This document shows positions 18,456-30,322 of a DNA stretch of 64,000 bases, piece after piece. Made by a program: the position numbers and the translations under genes. The stretch's first letter is position 1, and each line of letters opens with the position of its first letter. The DNA is taken from positions 558,001 through 622,000 of the forward strand of contig JANHCV010000010.1 in the NCBI GenBank assembly GCA_025594325.1. The letters are read 5' to 3'. The notes beneath the pieces were generated by a model, which was given only the letters and a program-made list of their open reading frames with translations, was not told the origin of the DNA and did no database searches. The stretch is from Blastocladiella emersonii ATCC 22665 (lineage: Eukaryota > Fungi > Blastocladiomycota).

Positions 18456-18481
18456 TGTCGTATCCCTTAAGGGTTACGACA
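18456..18481. repeat. 26-bp terminal palindrome TGTCGTA-T-CCCTTAAGGG-T-TACGACA; probable right terminus of the virus
   Basis: Related to 18302-18330; LRR coding homology resumes at 18482. Confidence 0.7.
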
Positions 18482-19095
18482 CTTGGCGTCGTCGGTACTC
18501 GTGCCCTTGCAAGCGCCCTCCCGCGGTCGCTGGAGGCACTTTTGCTGTCGGACAACGACTTGGACATGGACTCAGCGGCCCACTTTTTTGCTGCCCTTCC
18601 AGCGACGCTGACCAAGCTTGTCTTGGGCAACAACGCGCTGAATGACGATGCCGCGGCTGCGCTTGCCCGAGCGCTCCCTCAATCGCTCAAGCAACTTGAC
18701 TTTTACTGGACCAAGCTCACCGCGCAGCAGACGGCCGGGATTCTTCGGCGCTTGCCGCCTACCCTGCGCAAGCTCGACCTCGGCGGATCGGTGCTTGGAG
18801 TTTTGGGCACGCGACTTCTTGTTGAGCACATGCCGCCGCACCTCGAGGTGCTCAAGCTCCGCTCCACGCAATTCGATGACGCGTGCGCAGGATACTTTGC
18901 TTCTCGCATGCCGCAGTTTTTACCTGGCTCGATCTCCCCATGAACCCGATCACCGCGTCCAGCGCTCTCATGCTCGCGGCCAGCGCTCCGCCGACGCTGA
19001 CGCGGCTCTCGGTCTGGATGAACGGGATCCTCGCCAACAAGCAGGCCGCCATTCGCGCTGCTGCCCCCGCGAGCCTCACTGACATTTCGTTCTGA
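18482..19095 (+). pseudogene. 3' fragment of a type-A LRR gene interrupted by the virus; frameshift near 18910
   Basis: LGVVGTRALASALPRSLEALLLSDNDL... aligns mid-gene with KLGPVGTRAIATALPASLKAL of 22286-24099; C-terminus in another frame (18883-19095). Confidence 0.82.
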
Positions 19096-19248
19096 TCCCC
19101 CCTGTTTTGTTATTCGTTCATGATTGAATTTGCGTTCCCTGATTGCATCTTTTTTATCCCTAGCATTCAAGCGTCATCTTTGTTCCGTCTCGTGAGCTAA
19201 AGCGTTTATTAGAGCAACATTGACTCAACAATCAGTTCATAACGTGAA

Positions 19249-19975
19249 CTACGAAAAACGTAGGTACGCGCGGTTGAGCCGGATCAGCGACGGCGGAGAG
19301 CAATTGGCGAACCCTGACCACGCTTGCGTTGGTCCTTGAAGATCAAGCTCGGCCAAGCGGGTTCCAGGGAGGCACTGGGCGAGCGAGATAAAGCCTTGGT
19401 CGCCGAGCGCGATTGAGCCAGAAAAAGCGTCACACACCCGTACAAACCGAGCGAGGTGAGCCCGCGCGGGAGACAGAGGGCAGGAGCATCGAGCCCTTCT
19501 TAGCCGAGGTCAGTCAATGACAAGTGCTTGGAGCGTCGGTGGAAAATGATCGGTCAAGCAGCGGACCGCGTCGAGGTTGCAAAAAGCACACGAGAGCATT
19601 AGCGACGTGAGTGCAGGAGGCAGAGTCCGAAAGAACCGGCCTGAATTGACTGGGCTACTCTAAACTTGATGCAGGTCGATAATCTTGAGAGTGCTTGGGA
19701 AAAGCTCAACTCTGTCCAGCTCGTTGTCCAACGGCATGCCTTCATTGATCCAGTTTCGGAAGCAATCGATTACTTCGAGCGTGGACGATCGAGCGAGGTT
19801 GAGTCCATGAATTACGGGAAACATGTTCGACGAGGGCGCAGCGGACCCGCGACGAGTCCCTGGCGAGCAAAACGCGCGCATACTGCGGGTCGTGGTCGGG
19901 ATCGTCGGCCCACACGGCATGCGCCAGGATCCGGTCGTAGATAGATGGGGCAGATAAATGCGGCAAGTTATTCAT
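19249..19975 (-). pseudogene. Type-B F-box-like/LRR pseudogene (deleted and frameshifted)
   Basis: N-terminus MNNLPHLSAPSIYDRILAHAVWADDPDH nearly identical to the gene starting at 27786; LRR fragments in several frames. Confidence 0.8.
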
Positions 19976-20164
19976 GTGGGTTGCATAGGGTGGGGGGAAT
20001 GTAGCTCTCAGATCGGGGAGACGGAGTGGGGCGGACGGTCACGTTGCGTGAACTCCCGCGCCTCCCGCTCGCTGCGCTGACGTGAAAGCCGGGCGCCCGC
20101 CGCTCCCACACTGTCGCCGATGCTTGTGGACGACGAAAACGCAACTTAAAGCTCATGCAACACC

Positions 20165-22037
20165 ATGTTCAACCGCTTTTATGTGACAGCCATCATTGAG
20201 TCGATCCTGGTCCGCGCCGTGGAGCTTCACGACAAGGACTGGGGCGACCTCTGCCGCGACTATCGCGGTGACGAGCTCACTCTCAAGCGCACGCTCATGC
20301 AATACGCTCGCGTGATGCCTCGCCATCTCATTCCCGCCGTTGAGCGCGCGATCCTTCCCCGCGCGCCGTCCTTCTCGCTGGGCAACGCGACATAGCACGG
20401 AAATATTGCCATCCTCGACCGTTGGGCTGCGAATGGACTGCTGCTCGAATGCTCCCTTGAGCCACTCGAGTCAGCCATCTATGCGCGGATGCTGGACGTC
20501 ATCGAGTGGTGGCGTGACGCCAACCTTGGAGGCCGGAAGCTTGAGGACTGGCTGAAGGTCGAGTTTGGTTTCAATGATGATTTCCTCATGTCCATTCGCA
20601 TCGCTTTCTGCATGGGCATGGGCGTGGGCGTCAGAGTCGTGAAATATGTTGAAGGACAACGACACGTTCACCAGGGCGTGGTGCGCTTTCTGTGGTCACT
20701 TCCTACTGGTTTGGTGTAGATTTGACTGATCCGCACGTGTGGTGCATTTTTAGGGTTACAAGCCAGCTCATATCGTTGATAAGGCCATCGACGATCATTA
20801 CAACGCCATTGCGGACGGGCTGGCAGACACGCTCAAACTGACCCATGAGCCCATCTTAATCCGTGGCGTCCACCGACTAAACGCAGCCATGAGCAGCCCA
20901 TTTCAGCAGCTCAAGGAGCTGCACCTTTGGGGTTGTACGATCGACTTCGCGCGACTCATCGCTTTGGAATTTCCCGAGTCGGTCGTCAAGGTAGGCATCG
21001 GCAGCTTTTGGCTGTGCGGCATCGGCTCAGCGGCTCTCAGCGCCCTCAGCACAATTCGTTGGCCCTCGCAGCTTCAATCGCTCCTGCTTTCGGACGCATT
21101 TCACACCAATTTCGTCGGGACACCTCCGCTTTTACGCGATCTTCCCCAGTCGCTGCGCTCCGTGACTTTTCAAAACTGTTGTATCAGCAACGAAATCTTG
21201 GTCCAGGTTGTGCAAGCCCTTCTGCCGTCCCTCGAAGCCTTGAGCTTGCGCAACAACAGATTCAGCGCTACTGGCCTCGCTGCCGCCGGAGGTTCCCTTC
21301 CTCCGTCGCTGAAAACTCTTGACTTGAGCTACAACACTCAGCTTTCAATCGGACATTCGACTGTGGCTTTCACCTTCCCAGAGTCGCTTAAAGAGCTTGA
21401 CCCTCGCTGTACCAAACTCGGTCCCATTGGGACACGCGCCATTGCGACCTCCCTCCCTCAATCGCTAAGAATGCACCTGTTGTTGGAAAAAGACCTCGAA
21501 CAAAGCGAGATAGCTCGGTTCTTTGCCTCTATCCCGCCCTCGCTTATCAAGCTTCAAACTGACAGCAACCCATTGAGCGACACACTTGCGGCCGAGTTCT
21601 CCAGTGCGCTCCCTCAAAACCTAGAGGAGCTCAGCATCTGCCGGTCCGAGTTGAAGGCCCAGCGGACGGCCAGGATACTTCGAGGTCTACCACCCACCTT
21701 GCGCAAGGTCGACCTTAGCGGGACGGCGCTTGGAACCTCGGGAACTCGGCTTCTCGTCAAGTTCATTCCGAAAAATATTCAAGTCCTCGCTGTACGCTGT
21801 GCCCAGCCTAATGACGCGTGCGCAGGCCTCCTTGTTCGCGCCCAGCTGACCTCGCTGACTGAGCTTGATCTCAGAACCAACAAAATCACGGCGGTTGGAG
21901 CTCACTTTCTTGTCTCCAATGCTCCGCCCTCTCTGGGGCTTATCTTAATATCTGGAGCCCGATTTTCGTCTTACGCTCAGAAGGCGATTTCCAAAGCCGC
22001 TCCTGCGACTCTCTCAATTAACCTGTTATGGAGTTGA
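20165..22037 (+). pseudogene. Type-A F-box-like/ankyrin-like + LRR gene with premature TAG in exon 1 (20393-20395); intron ~20681-20753
   Basis: Exon 1 frame continues past the stop (HGNIAILDRWAANGL...VIEWWRD); exon 2 starts 45 codons before MSSPFQ as in paralogues; LRR exon intact. Confidence 0.75.
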
Positions 22038-22285
22038 TTTTTCTCCCTGTTGTGTTCCCTTCATTCCTCGGAAAAAAATTCCGGCATTTTAACGTCACTG
22101 ATGGGCAATTCTCTGCTAGACAACTCGTACGCGTTGCGTTATCATGTGATCCGTCACGTGGCTGAGAAATTGGCAGCGGTGGCGCAACAGGCGGGCGCAA
22201 GCTCTCGCCCGCTCTCGAGCGTCCGCTCCTCACTCGCATGCGAAAGGCGAACGCCTCAACGAAACACATGATAAGCTGATGCATT

Positions 22286-24099
22286 ATGTTCGGATCGCTT
22301 CACGTCCCCGAGCTCATTGAGCGAATCTTGGTCTACGCAATCGAGGTCCTCTACGAGGATGCCAGCGTCGACGATTACATGCAATACGCGCGCGTGATGC
22401 CGCGAAGCCTCATTCCTCGTGTTGAACGCGCCATATTGATGCATTCCACAGACCTCTCGCTTGACAACGCAACTGCACGCGGCCAGGTCCACATCCTTGA
22501 CCGCTGGGCCGCGCACGGTCTCAAGCTTCAGTGGTCCGCCACGGCTCTCAACGCGGCGATACGAGCGCGGCACCTGAACGTGCTCGAATGGTGGCGCGAC
22601 TCTGGGTCACTCGACTTGGTGGAATCTGATCTCGTAGACCAGTCGGACGAGGAGCAGGCGGGATTTACGACCGTGCCTGACTATGTGCGCGCTGCCCTTG
22701 GTCTTGATGTCAATACCTACGATTCGGACGCTGAGTTTGACGACGAGGATTATCATGTACGGGTGCATCAGCTGCGATGCGAACGAAACAACTGGATGCA
22801 GACAGCTAACTTGTGTTGGACTGGCAGAGCGTCAAGTCTACTCGTGTTGTAGACGGTGCAATCCAGGAAGCGTGCAACCGAATCATCTCTCATCGAGCGT
22901 ACTCGCTCAAGTTAGAACATGAACCCATCTCGCTTCACGGAGTTCACGCACTGAATACCGCCATGGCCAGCCCCTTCCAACGACTCAATTCGGTGCGACT
23001 TTCGGGGTGCACCGTCGACTTGGTACGGCTTACTGCCCTACGGCTGCCAACCACACTTTGCGGGTTGACCTTGGATGGCCACTGGCTTGGTGACTGCGGG
23101 TCTGCGTCCCCCGATTCCTTGACTGCTATGCAATGGCCGCCGTGCCTCGATCATCTCATGCTGTGCAACGCTCGATTTACTACGACTGCGCGGGTTGTGT
23201 TTTCCCAGCTTCCCCACTCCCTTTTTTCATTGAGGATCGAGGAATGCTCTCTGGATGACAATGCCTTACTTGTCATGGTGCAGGCTCTTCCCCCTGGGCT
23301 CCAGCGCCTGAGTCTGCGGGGCGACGAATTCACTGCTCAAGGATTTTCAGTCGCTGGAAAGCTGCTTCCGCCTTCGCTTAAAATTCTCGAATTACGCGAA
23401 AACGCAACGTTGTGCACTGGTTCACCGGCGGCATCGTGGAGCTTCCCGGACTCTCTCAAAGAGCTGACACTTGTCTCAGCCAAACTCGGTCCCGTTGGCA
23501 CCCGCGCCATTGCGACCGCCCTTCCCGCATCCCTTAAAGCACTCAAATTGAATGGGTGTGAGGTCGATTCGCGCGAAGCAACCCGCTTCTTTGCCTCGCT
23601 TCCAAGTTCCTTGGCCTGTCTTGAGCTCCAGTCTAACCTGTTCGATGACGATGCCGTTGCTGCGCTTTCAAACGGTTTTCCTCCGAATCTCGAGCGACTG
23701 GGCTTAACCAATTGCAACCTTTCGTCCAGTCAGCTGGTCGCGATTATGCTGGGTCTGCCACGCACGTTGCGTATCGTTAGCATTTTTGGCTCGGAGATGA
23801 CCGTTGAGGCCACCAATTCTTTTGTGAAAAACATGCCCCCGTGCCTCAAGGTGCTTATGCTTCGATGGTCGCAGTTTGACGACGAGCGCGCAGCTATACT
23901 TGCTCGTGGACTCCCGCAAACAATATCTGATGTCGACCTCGTGGAAAACAAAATTTCCCGGGTCGGTGCCCTCTCGCTTGTTACCGCAGTTCCAGCAAGC
24001 CTTGCTTGGCTCACGCTCTCAAGAAACGATATAAGCCCCGCCGACCGATCAAAAATCCGTGCGGCAGCACCCAAATCCTTAAAAAATCTTTCCTTTTAA
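22286..24099 (+). CDS. Type-A F-box-like/ankyrin-like + LRR protein (~580 aa), intron 22757-22827
   Basis: Phase-0 GTACGG...CTAAC...CAG intron joins VPELIERILVYA...LEWWRDSG exon to LPxSLxxLxL LRR exon. Confidence 0.85.
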
Positions 24100-24602
24100 G
24101 CGCCCTGTTGCTCTGCGTCTCATTCAAAACTTCTATTACTGCAGCCCACTTTTCAACTTGAGCTAGGTCTTGCTTCGCGTGATCAGTTCTGAACTTGACG
24201 CAAATCTCCGAATCACGTAGCCCTGTGCCCGCTTGTTTTCACCCAGAGCCCCTCACTGTGTTGAGATTGCCGCCGTTTGCGGGAATCAAAAGTTTGCTCA
24301 TCGCGCTCTGATGGTGGGTGATTCATGACGCCGCTGCCTCAACTCTACCCCATGTCTGTATTTTTTTTATCTGTGCCTGTTGTATTTCCTTGTTGTTTCA
24401 TCAAACGTGTATTTTTCATTTCATTCACGCGGTACTGGCGAGCCTCGGACGGGTGACTCTCACGCGTCGCGTTATCAGGTGATCCCCGCGTGATGTCTCC
24501 GCCGCGAGACAACTGGGGCGGCGTGGCAGTTTCAGGGGTAAGTCCCTGACCCCGGCTACCGCCCACTCCCCCTCTTTTAACCTGCTCCTGCTATGTAAAC
24601 TA

Positions 24603-26410
24603 ATGGACACTTTATGCAACGGACTCGGGCGGTGCCACGTCCCGGCGATCTTTGAGCGGATTCTCATTTATGCCATCCAGGAAACCCCTGCCGACGACGT
24701 GAATGCCATGCTGCAGTACTTGTATGTGATGCGATGCGATGCGAGCTTGTTCCCAAGGTCCGGCGGGCCATTTTGATGCGCACGCAAAGATTCTCGCCCT
24801 CCGAAGCAACTCGTCGCGGAAACGCTTCCGTCCTCGAGCTCCACGCCACGCTTGGGTTGCCGCTTCAGGTGGAACCCCCGCACGATGCGCTCCTGAAAGC
24901 ATCACAGGGGCGCCATCTTTCTACACTCGAATTCTGGCGTTGATTCCGGCGTATTCGGGTCAGGAATGTATCAGCTTCAGGAAGCCTTGCTGGTGCACAA
25001 GGGCAGCACGACGGCCCACGCCATTCTTGCCACAAGTGCATTAAACGTACGTGCCAGTTCATGGACGAATTTTAACCGGCTCTAACGCTGCCTACGCGTA
25101 AATTCGAGACAAGAATGAGCCCGAGCTTGACGCTTGCATCCGCGCTTCATTCGACGGCATCGCCAGCGGAGAAACGTCTCAACTCTTCTGGCATGGGCGA
25201 CAGCTCTCACTCACCGGAGTTCAGCAGCTTAACAGCGCGATGTCGAGCCCAACGCAAGCCCTTCGCGCCATCGAGTTGGACGGATGCACGCTGGACTTGA
25301 ACTGACTACGTGCCATTCGATTCCCCGCCACAATTTTGAGTATCACGCTGGGCGAGGTTTGGGTTCCCGCCACTGGCGCGTTGCCCGATCCCGTCATGTG
25401 GAATCCAGCACTTGAATCGCTCTCAGTTCATCGCACCGACATGACGCTGCGCGCAACTTTTTGCTTGCTTTCTCAGCTCCCCGCCCGTCTCAAGGCGCTC
25501 AGTCTCTCGGAGTGCGACATGGAGGATTAAGCTGCCCTGGCGGTCGCTCAACTACTTCCCAAGAAGCTGAAGCGGCTCGACCTCAGCCTCAATCGCTTGA
25601 CAAGTAATGGAATCACTGCGCTTGGTCCTCTCCTCCCGCCATATTTGTTGGCCCTTGGCCTCCGCGACAACACCTCGTTCAGCGATCTTGGGTCATTGGA
25701 GGATCCGTGGGTGTTCCCTGCAACCTTGACCAAGCTTCAGTCATCTGACCTCACGCTCAGCGTAGACGGTGCTTGCATCGTTGCTGCCTCGCTTCTGCAG
25801 ACTCTTTGCACGCTCGAGCTGTCAAACTTGTACTGCGAACATTGGTAACTCATCTTCTCGTGGCTTCCGCCGTCGCTGCGCTCCCTCGACCTGAGTAATT
25901 CCTTGCTTGATATCAAGGCAGTCGCGGACCCCGCGTCAACACTGCCAACGCACCTCGAGTCTCTCCGCATGGCTGGTTGCGGGCTCACCTTGAAAAAAAA
26001 CTCGCGCTACTCGCTCCTCAGCTCCCACCTTCCCTACGAGTTCTAGACCTCAGCATGCTCGACGGAAGCGTCAACAAAATTCAGTCGCTCGCGCAATACC
26101 TACCGCCAAATCTCGAATCGTTTATCGTACAATCTTCCAATGTCAAGAACAAAAGCCTCAAGCTCCTCATGCCTCATCTGCCGTGTACCTCACCAAGCTA
26201 GACCTGTCCTACAACCGGATCACCATTGATGGTGCGCGCCTCCTGGTCTCCCAAGTACCGCCAGCGCTTGTCACGGTCATTCTCAAGGGCAACATGTTGA
26301 CGAAGCTCGGGCTTGCAGAGATCCGCGACGCCATCAAGTCGCGTCAGGGTTCCGCTGAAGCTGGTTTTCAACGTCTTAAAGGTTTTGGTCGCGATACATA
26401 CGAAACATGA
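24603..26410 (+). pseudogene. Type-A F-box-like/LRR pseudogene with multiple frameshifts and stops
   Basis: Starts MDTLCNGLGRCHVPAIFERILIYA; LRR fragments scattered over ORFs 25336, 25597, 25977, 26183. Confidence 0.82.
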
Positions 26411-26490
26411 TAAGTTGCGTCATTTTTTGTTCACAAACGCGTCCGTGATCCCACCCTGGCGTCGCAAGCGCTCGATGCTGGATGTCGGGA

Positions 26491-27786
26491 TCAGTCGCGA
26501 TCGGCGAAGGGATCGAGAACGTCGAGCTCCAAAAGCGTCGACGGCCTGAGGCTGGCCAATTCGCCGCGTTCGTTGACCGAGAGAGTCAGACTCCCAAGCT
26601 CGAGCTTGGTAAGCGACGGCGGGAACTGGCAAATCAGGTGTCGGGCGCCAAGAAAGCCTGCCTGGTTGTTGGTGATGTGAAGCTGGACCAGGCGGGTTTG
26701 TGCAATATACGGGGCGAGCGTGGCGAAGCCTTGATCTTTGAGCATATTGCCCGCCACGTCAAGCTCTTCGAGTTGGACAGGCAGGTGAGGGCCGAGCACA
26801 GCCATGCCATTGGGGCCGAGCTCGCAACCATCAAGGCTAAGGACTTTGAGGTTACGCGGAAGGTGCGGGGCGAGCGCGATGAGTTCTCGAGAGCCAAGGG
26901 ATCTGAGGAAAAAGAGTCGCTCGAGCGTCGCTGGCAGATGTCTTGCTAAGCGACAGGTTGCTTCGAGATTGAGAGTGGTCCCCGAAAGGTCAAGCTCGGC
27001 GAGGGACGGCGGAAGACACTCAAAGATTCGACCTGGTTTGGCATGGTCGAACTGAATTCTTTGCAGTATGAGGGTTTCAAGCGATGGCGGAAAGAGCTCG
27101 AGCTGGTCCAGTCCGTTCATTGGCATTCCCTCCTCGACCCAGTTCGCAGACAAAAGGACTCGGCGGAGCGTGGGTATAGTCGACAGGGACAGAGCGCGAA
27201 TGAGAGTGAACGTCAGATCGCAGCCAATCAGGCTGAGTGCACCGACGCACTGACGAGGATGCGAGAGTGCGGCGGCAAGTGCGAGCGCCCCGGCTGTCGT
27301 TATACGGGCCGAGTCAACGTTAACCTGGGAGAGCGTTCCAGTGCAGATATCGTCGACCATCTGTAAGACCACTTGATCCCCCTGGTCGCGAGCAGGAGTA
27401 GTACTGTTCTACGCGCCGGAGAAATGGACTCGGGTCATCTGGTCAACGCTGCGGAGAGCGCGCTTGGCAACGAGTCCCGAGCGGCGCCACCAGTCGAGCA
27501 CGCCGAAGTGCTTGACCTTGTTCAACTCGATCGCCTGCCAGTCCACAACGAGCAGCTTTCCCGACCACTTCCAGATGCGCAACACGTTGACGCGGCCGGT
27601 GAGACTCGCCTCGGTCATGGAGATGGATGTGCCGTGCTCGACGATGGCGCGGCGGACCCGCGGCGAGTCCCTGGCGAGCAACACGCGCGCATACCGCGGT
27701 GCGTGGTCGGGGTTGTCGGCCCACACGGCGTGTGCCAGGGTTCGGTCGTAGATAGCCGGGACAGATAAATGCGCCAAGTTATTCAT
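26491..27786 (-). CDS. Type-B F-box-like/ankyrin-like + LRR protein (~400 aa), two exons
   Basis: Exon 1 MNNLAHLSVPAIYDR...VLDWWRRSG; acceptor CTTACAG ending 27361; donor uncertain (probably 27429); intact LRR exon. Confidence 0.75.
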
Positions 27787-28111
27787 GGTGATTGCATCGG
27801 TTTCGTACGGCTGTGGGGAGGCGAAGCTGAGGAGAGCGCGACGCGTCTCAGAGCCGCCGCGTGTGAATCGTGCCTGACCAAGCACCCGGGCGCCGTGTTC
27901 TGCCCGCCCTGCTGCCCGCACGCTCTCCTCACCCTCGCGCACATCGCACATCGACTTTTAAGGCAAATAGGTCGTTTAACGCGTCGAGTTATAATGTGAC
28001 CAACCGGTGACCTCGCGGATCAGCCGGCCGCGGTGGTCGCCCGAGGCGCCTTGGAGCACGCCTCGTCGTCGGTCCCCTCACCTCCACGAGCTCACACCCT
28101 CCTCTATAGCA

Positions 28112-29911
28112 ATGGAAACTCGATGCAATGCGCTTGGACTGCGCTTCGTGCCCGCAATCTTCGAGCGGATTCTTGTTTATGCTATCCAGCTGACCGACCC
28201 GAAGGACACTGTGGCCTTGACGCAGTACTCGCGCGTGATGCGACACGACCTCATTCCAAAGGTGCAAAAGTCTATCTTGCGTCGCGCGACGAGCTTTTCT
28301 TTGGAAAGGGCGACTTGCGTCAGCAACGTGGCTGTACTTCAGCGGTGGGCTGCCCTTGGGCTACCGCTCGAAATGACCAACGACCCCTACTTCGTCTTCG
28401 AACGGGCGCTCGACCGTGGTCACCTCGCAAGTTTGGAGTTTTGGCGGGACTCTGGCGTCGCGGAATCGGACCTCAAGGGTGTTTGGGAGGACTCGCGTGG
28501 TGATCAGTATCGCGCACTTATCGCGGCCGCCTTTGGCTGCGGGAAGGAACACGTATGTGATTGACCTTATCGCATTCAACCGAGGCACACGTCACTGACC
28601 TTATGCGCGATCTCACTCGTTTGTCAGGACCCTTACGACCCGCCCGAGCTCGACGCGTGCGTTCGCGACGCGTTTGACGACATCGCGGAGGGCCGGCTCC
28701 TCGATCTCGAGTGGCGATCAGAACAAATCTCACTTGACGGAATCCTGCTTCTCAACAACGCAATGGCAAGTCCGAACCAGGTCCTCTGCTCCGCGTACTT
28801 TCACGGATGTACCCTCGACCTCGCGCGCCTTCACGCACTCTGCTTTCCGGTCACCGTGACCAGCATCAAGATCGCCCATCTTTGGCTGGCCGCTAGGACT
28901 AAGGCAGCGGAAGCCACCAAGGACAACTTGCTGGACCCCGTCAACTGGCCCGCTTTGCTCCAATCCCTCGCCATCACGGACTCGACAAATCTTTCAAATC
29001 GCTATGCGACTTGCCTGTTCGCGCGACTTCCCGATTGTCTAAGCTCATTGGACCTTTCGCGTTGCCGCATGGTTGATGAGACTGCGCTGGCGATCGGTCG
29101 GCTTCTCCCTCGCAGTTTGGAGCAACTCAATTTCCGCGAGAACTGCTTGAGCAGCAGCGGCGTCTCCGCGTTGTGCCCCTTGCTTCCGAGATCGCTTCGC
29201 GTCCTTGACCTCTGCCACAACGCCTTTGAGAATCCCGATCGCTCGCAGCCTCCGTGGTCGCTCCCAGCGTCGCTTTTGGATCTTCGTTTGTCCACGCTCA
29301 CGCTCTGGGACAGCACTGCTCACCTTCTCATTGCTGCTCTTCCGCCGAACCTCGAGTCGTTCCATTTGTCCGAGTCGTACTCAAGCGAATGGGGACACAT
29401 TTTCGCGTCGCTTTCGTCCTCGCTCCGGTCCCTCGACCTTTCCCGCACCAAGACCAGGTTCTCCCTTCAAGAGGTATCAGCCCTCGCTGCAGCATTTCCC
29501 GATCACCTCGAAACTCTCAATTTGCAAGAGACCATTATGAACGGAGCGTGTGTTGCTCACCTCATTCCCCGGCTGCCACGCTCTCTTCGCCACCTTGATT
29601 TGAGCGGGGTCAAGCTCTACATGGACGGCGCACGGTGCCTCGCTGAACACATGCCGCCAGTTCTCGAAACGCTCGCCTTGCGCTCCGCATTCATCACGGA
29701 CGGAGGCGTTGGCCTTCTCGCTCCGTGCCTGCCTGATTCTCTTGTTGAGCTTGACCTCTCACAAAACTTGATCACCGACGTTGGAGCTCAATACTTGGCC
29801 TCGCGGCCGCCTCCCGCTATGAGCAAGCTTGACTTGGAAGAGACGCAAGTGACGCATTTAGGGATCGCTGCCCTTCGTGCGGCAATGCCAGCCCTGAGCC
29901 ACAGCGACTGA
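28112..29911 (+). CDS. Type-A F-box-like/ankyrin-like + LRR protein (~574 aa), intron 28553-28627
   Basis: Phase-0 GTATGT...CTGAC...CAG intron; 147-codon exon 1; exon 2 opens 45 codons before MASP. Confidence 0.86.
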
Positions 29912-30322
29912 TTTCCGTCAACCACCTGTCCTTGGCCTCCCTCATTTCAGTATTCAGTTTCAATAGAATTCCCAACGTTCACGAGTTGGAGTGCGGAAGT
30001 GGGCGACATTACGCTAAAGAACCGCAAGCAAACGAGCGAACGAGGCTGACCTCATCATGAGCTCTATGGAACTGTGATTGCATGGCGATCGCGACTCCTT
30101 GCTTGCAGGTAAACTTCAGACGTTACATCGACGCACCCGTACAGCGAACTTTTGGGACGCGTCGCGTTATCATGTGACCCGGGTGTGAGTGGCGCACGTT
30201 CGAGCAGGGGGACTAAGTCCCCCTGGTTCGAGCGAGCGCGGCGCGTGGTGCGCCGCTGTCAGCTTGGCTCAGCCATCGCTCTCTTCGTCGCCCCACAACG
30301 CCGCCTCGCTCGTTCGAAAGCC

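Larger units (their letters stand above)
3611..18481. mobile_element. Endogenous Polinton-like virus (PLV), left end missing
   Basis: Compact intronless cluster with MCP, penton, A32-like ATPase, fibre, rve integrase, tyrosine recombinase and primase-helicase; shared upstream motif; right terminus ends ...TACGACA directly against a mid-gene LRR fragment. Confidence 0.88.
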
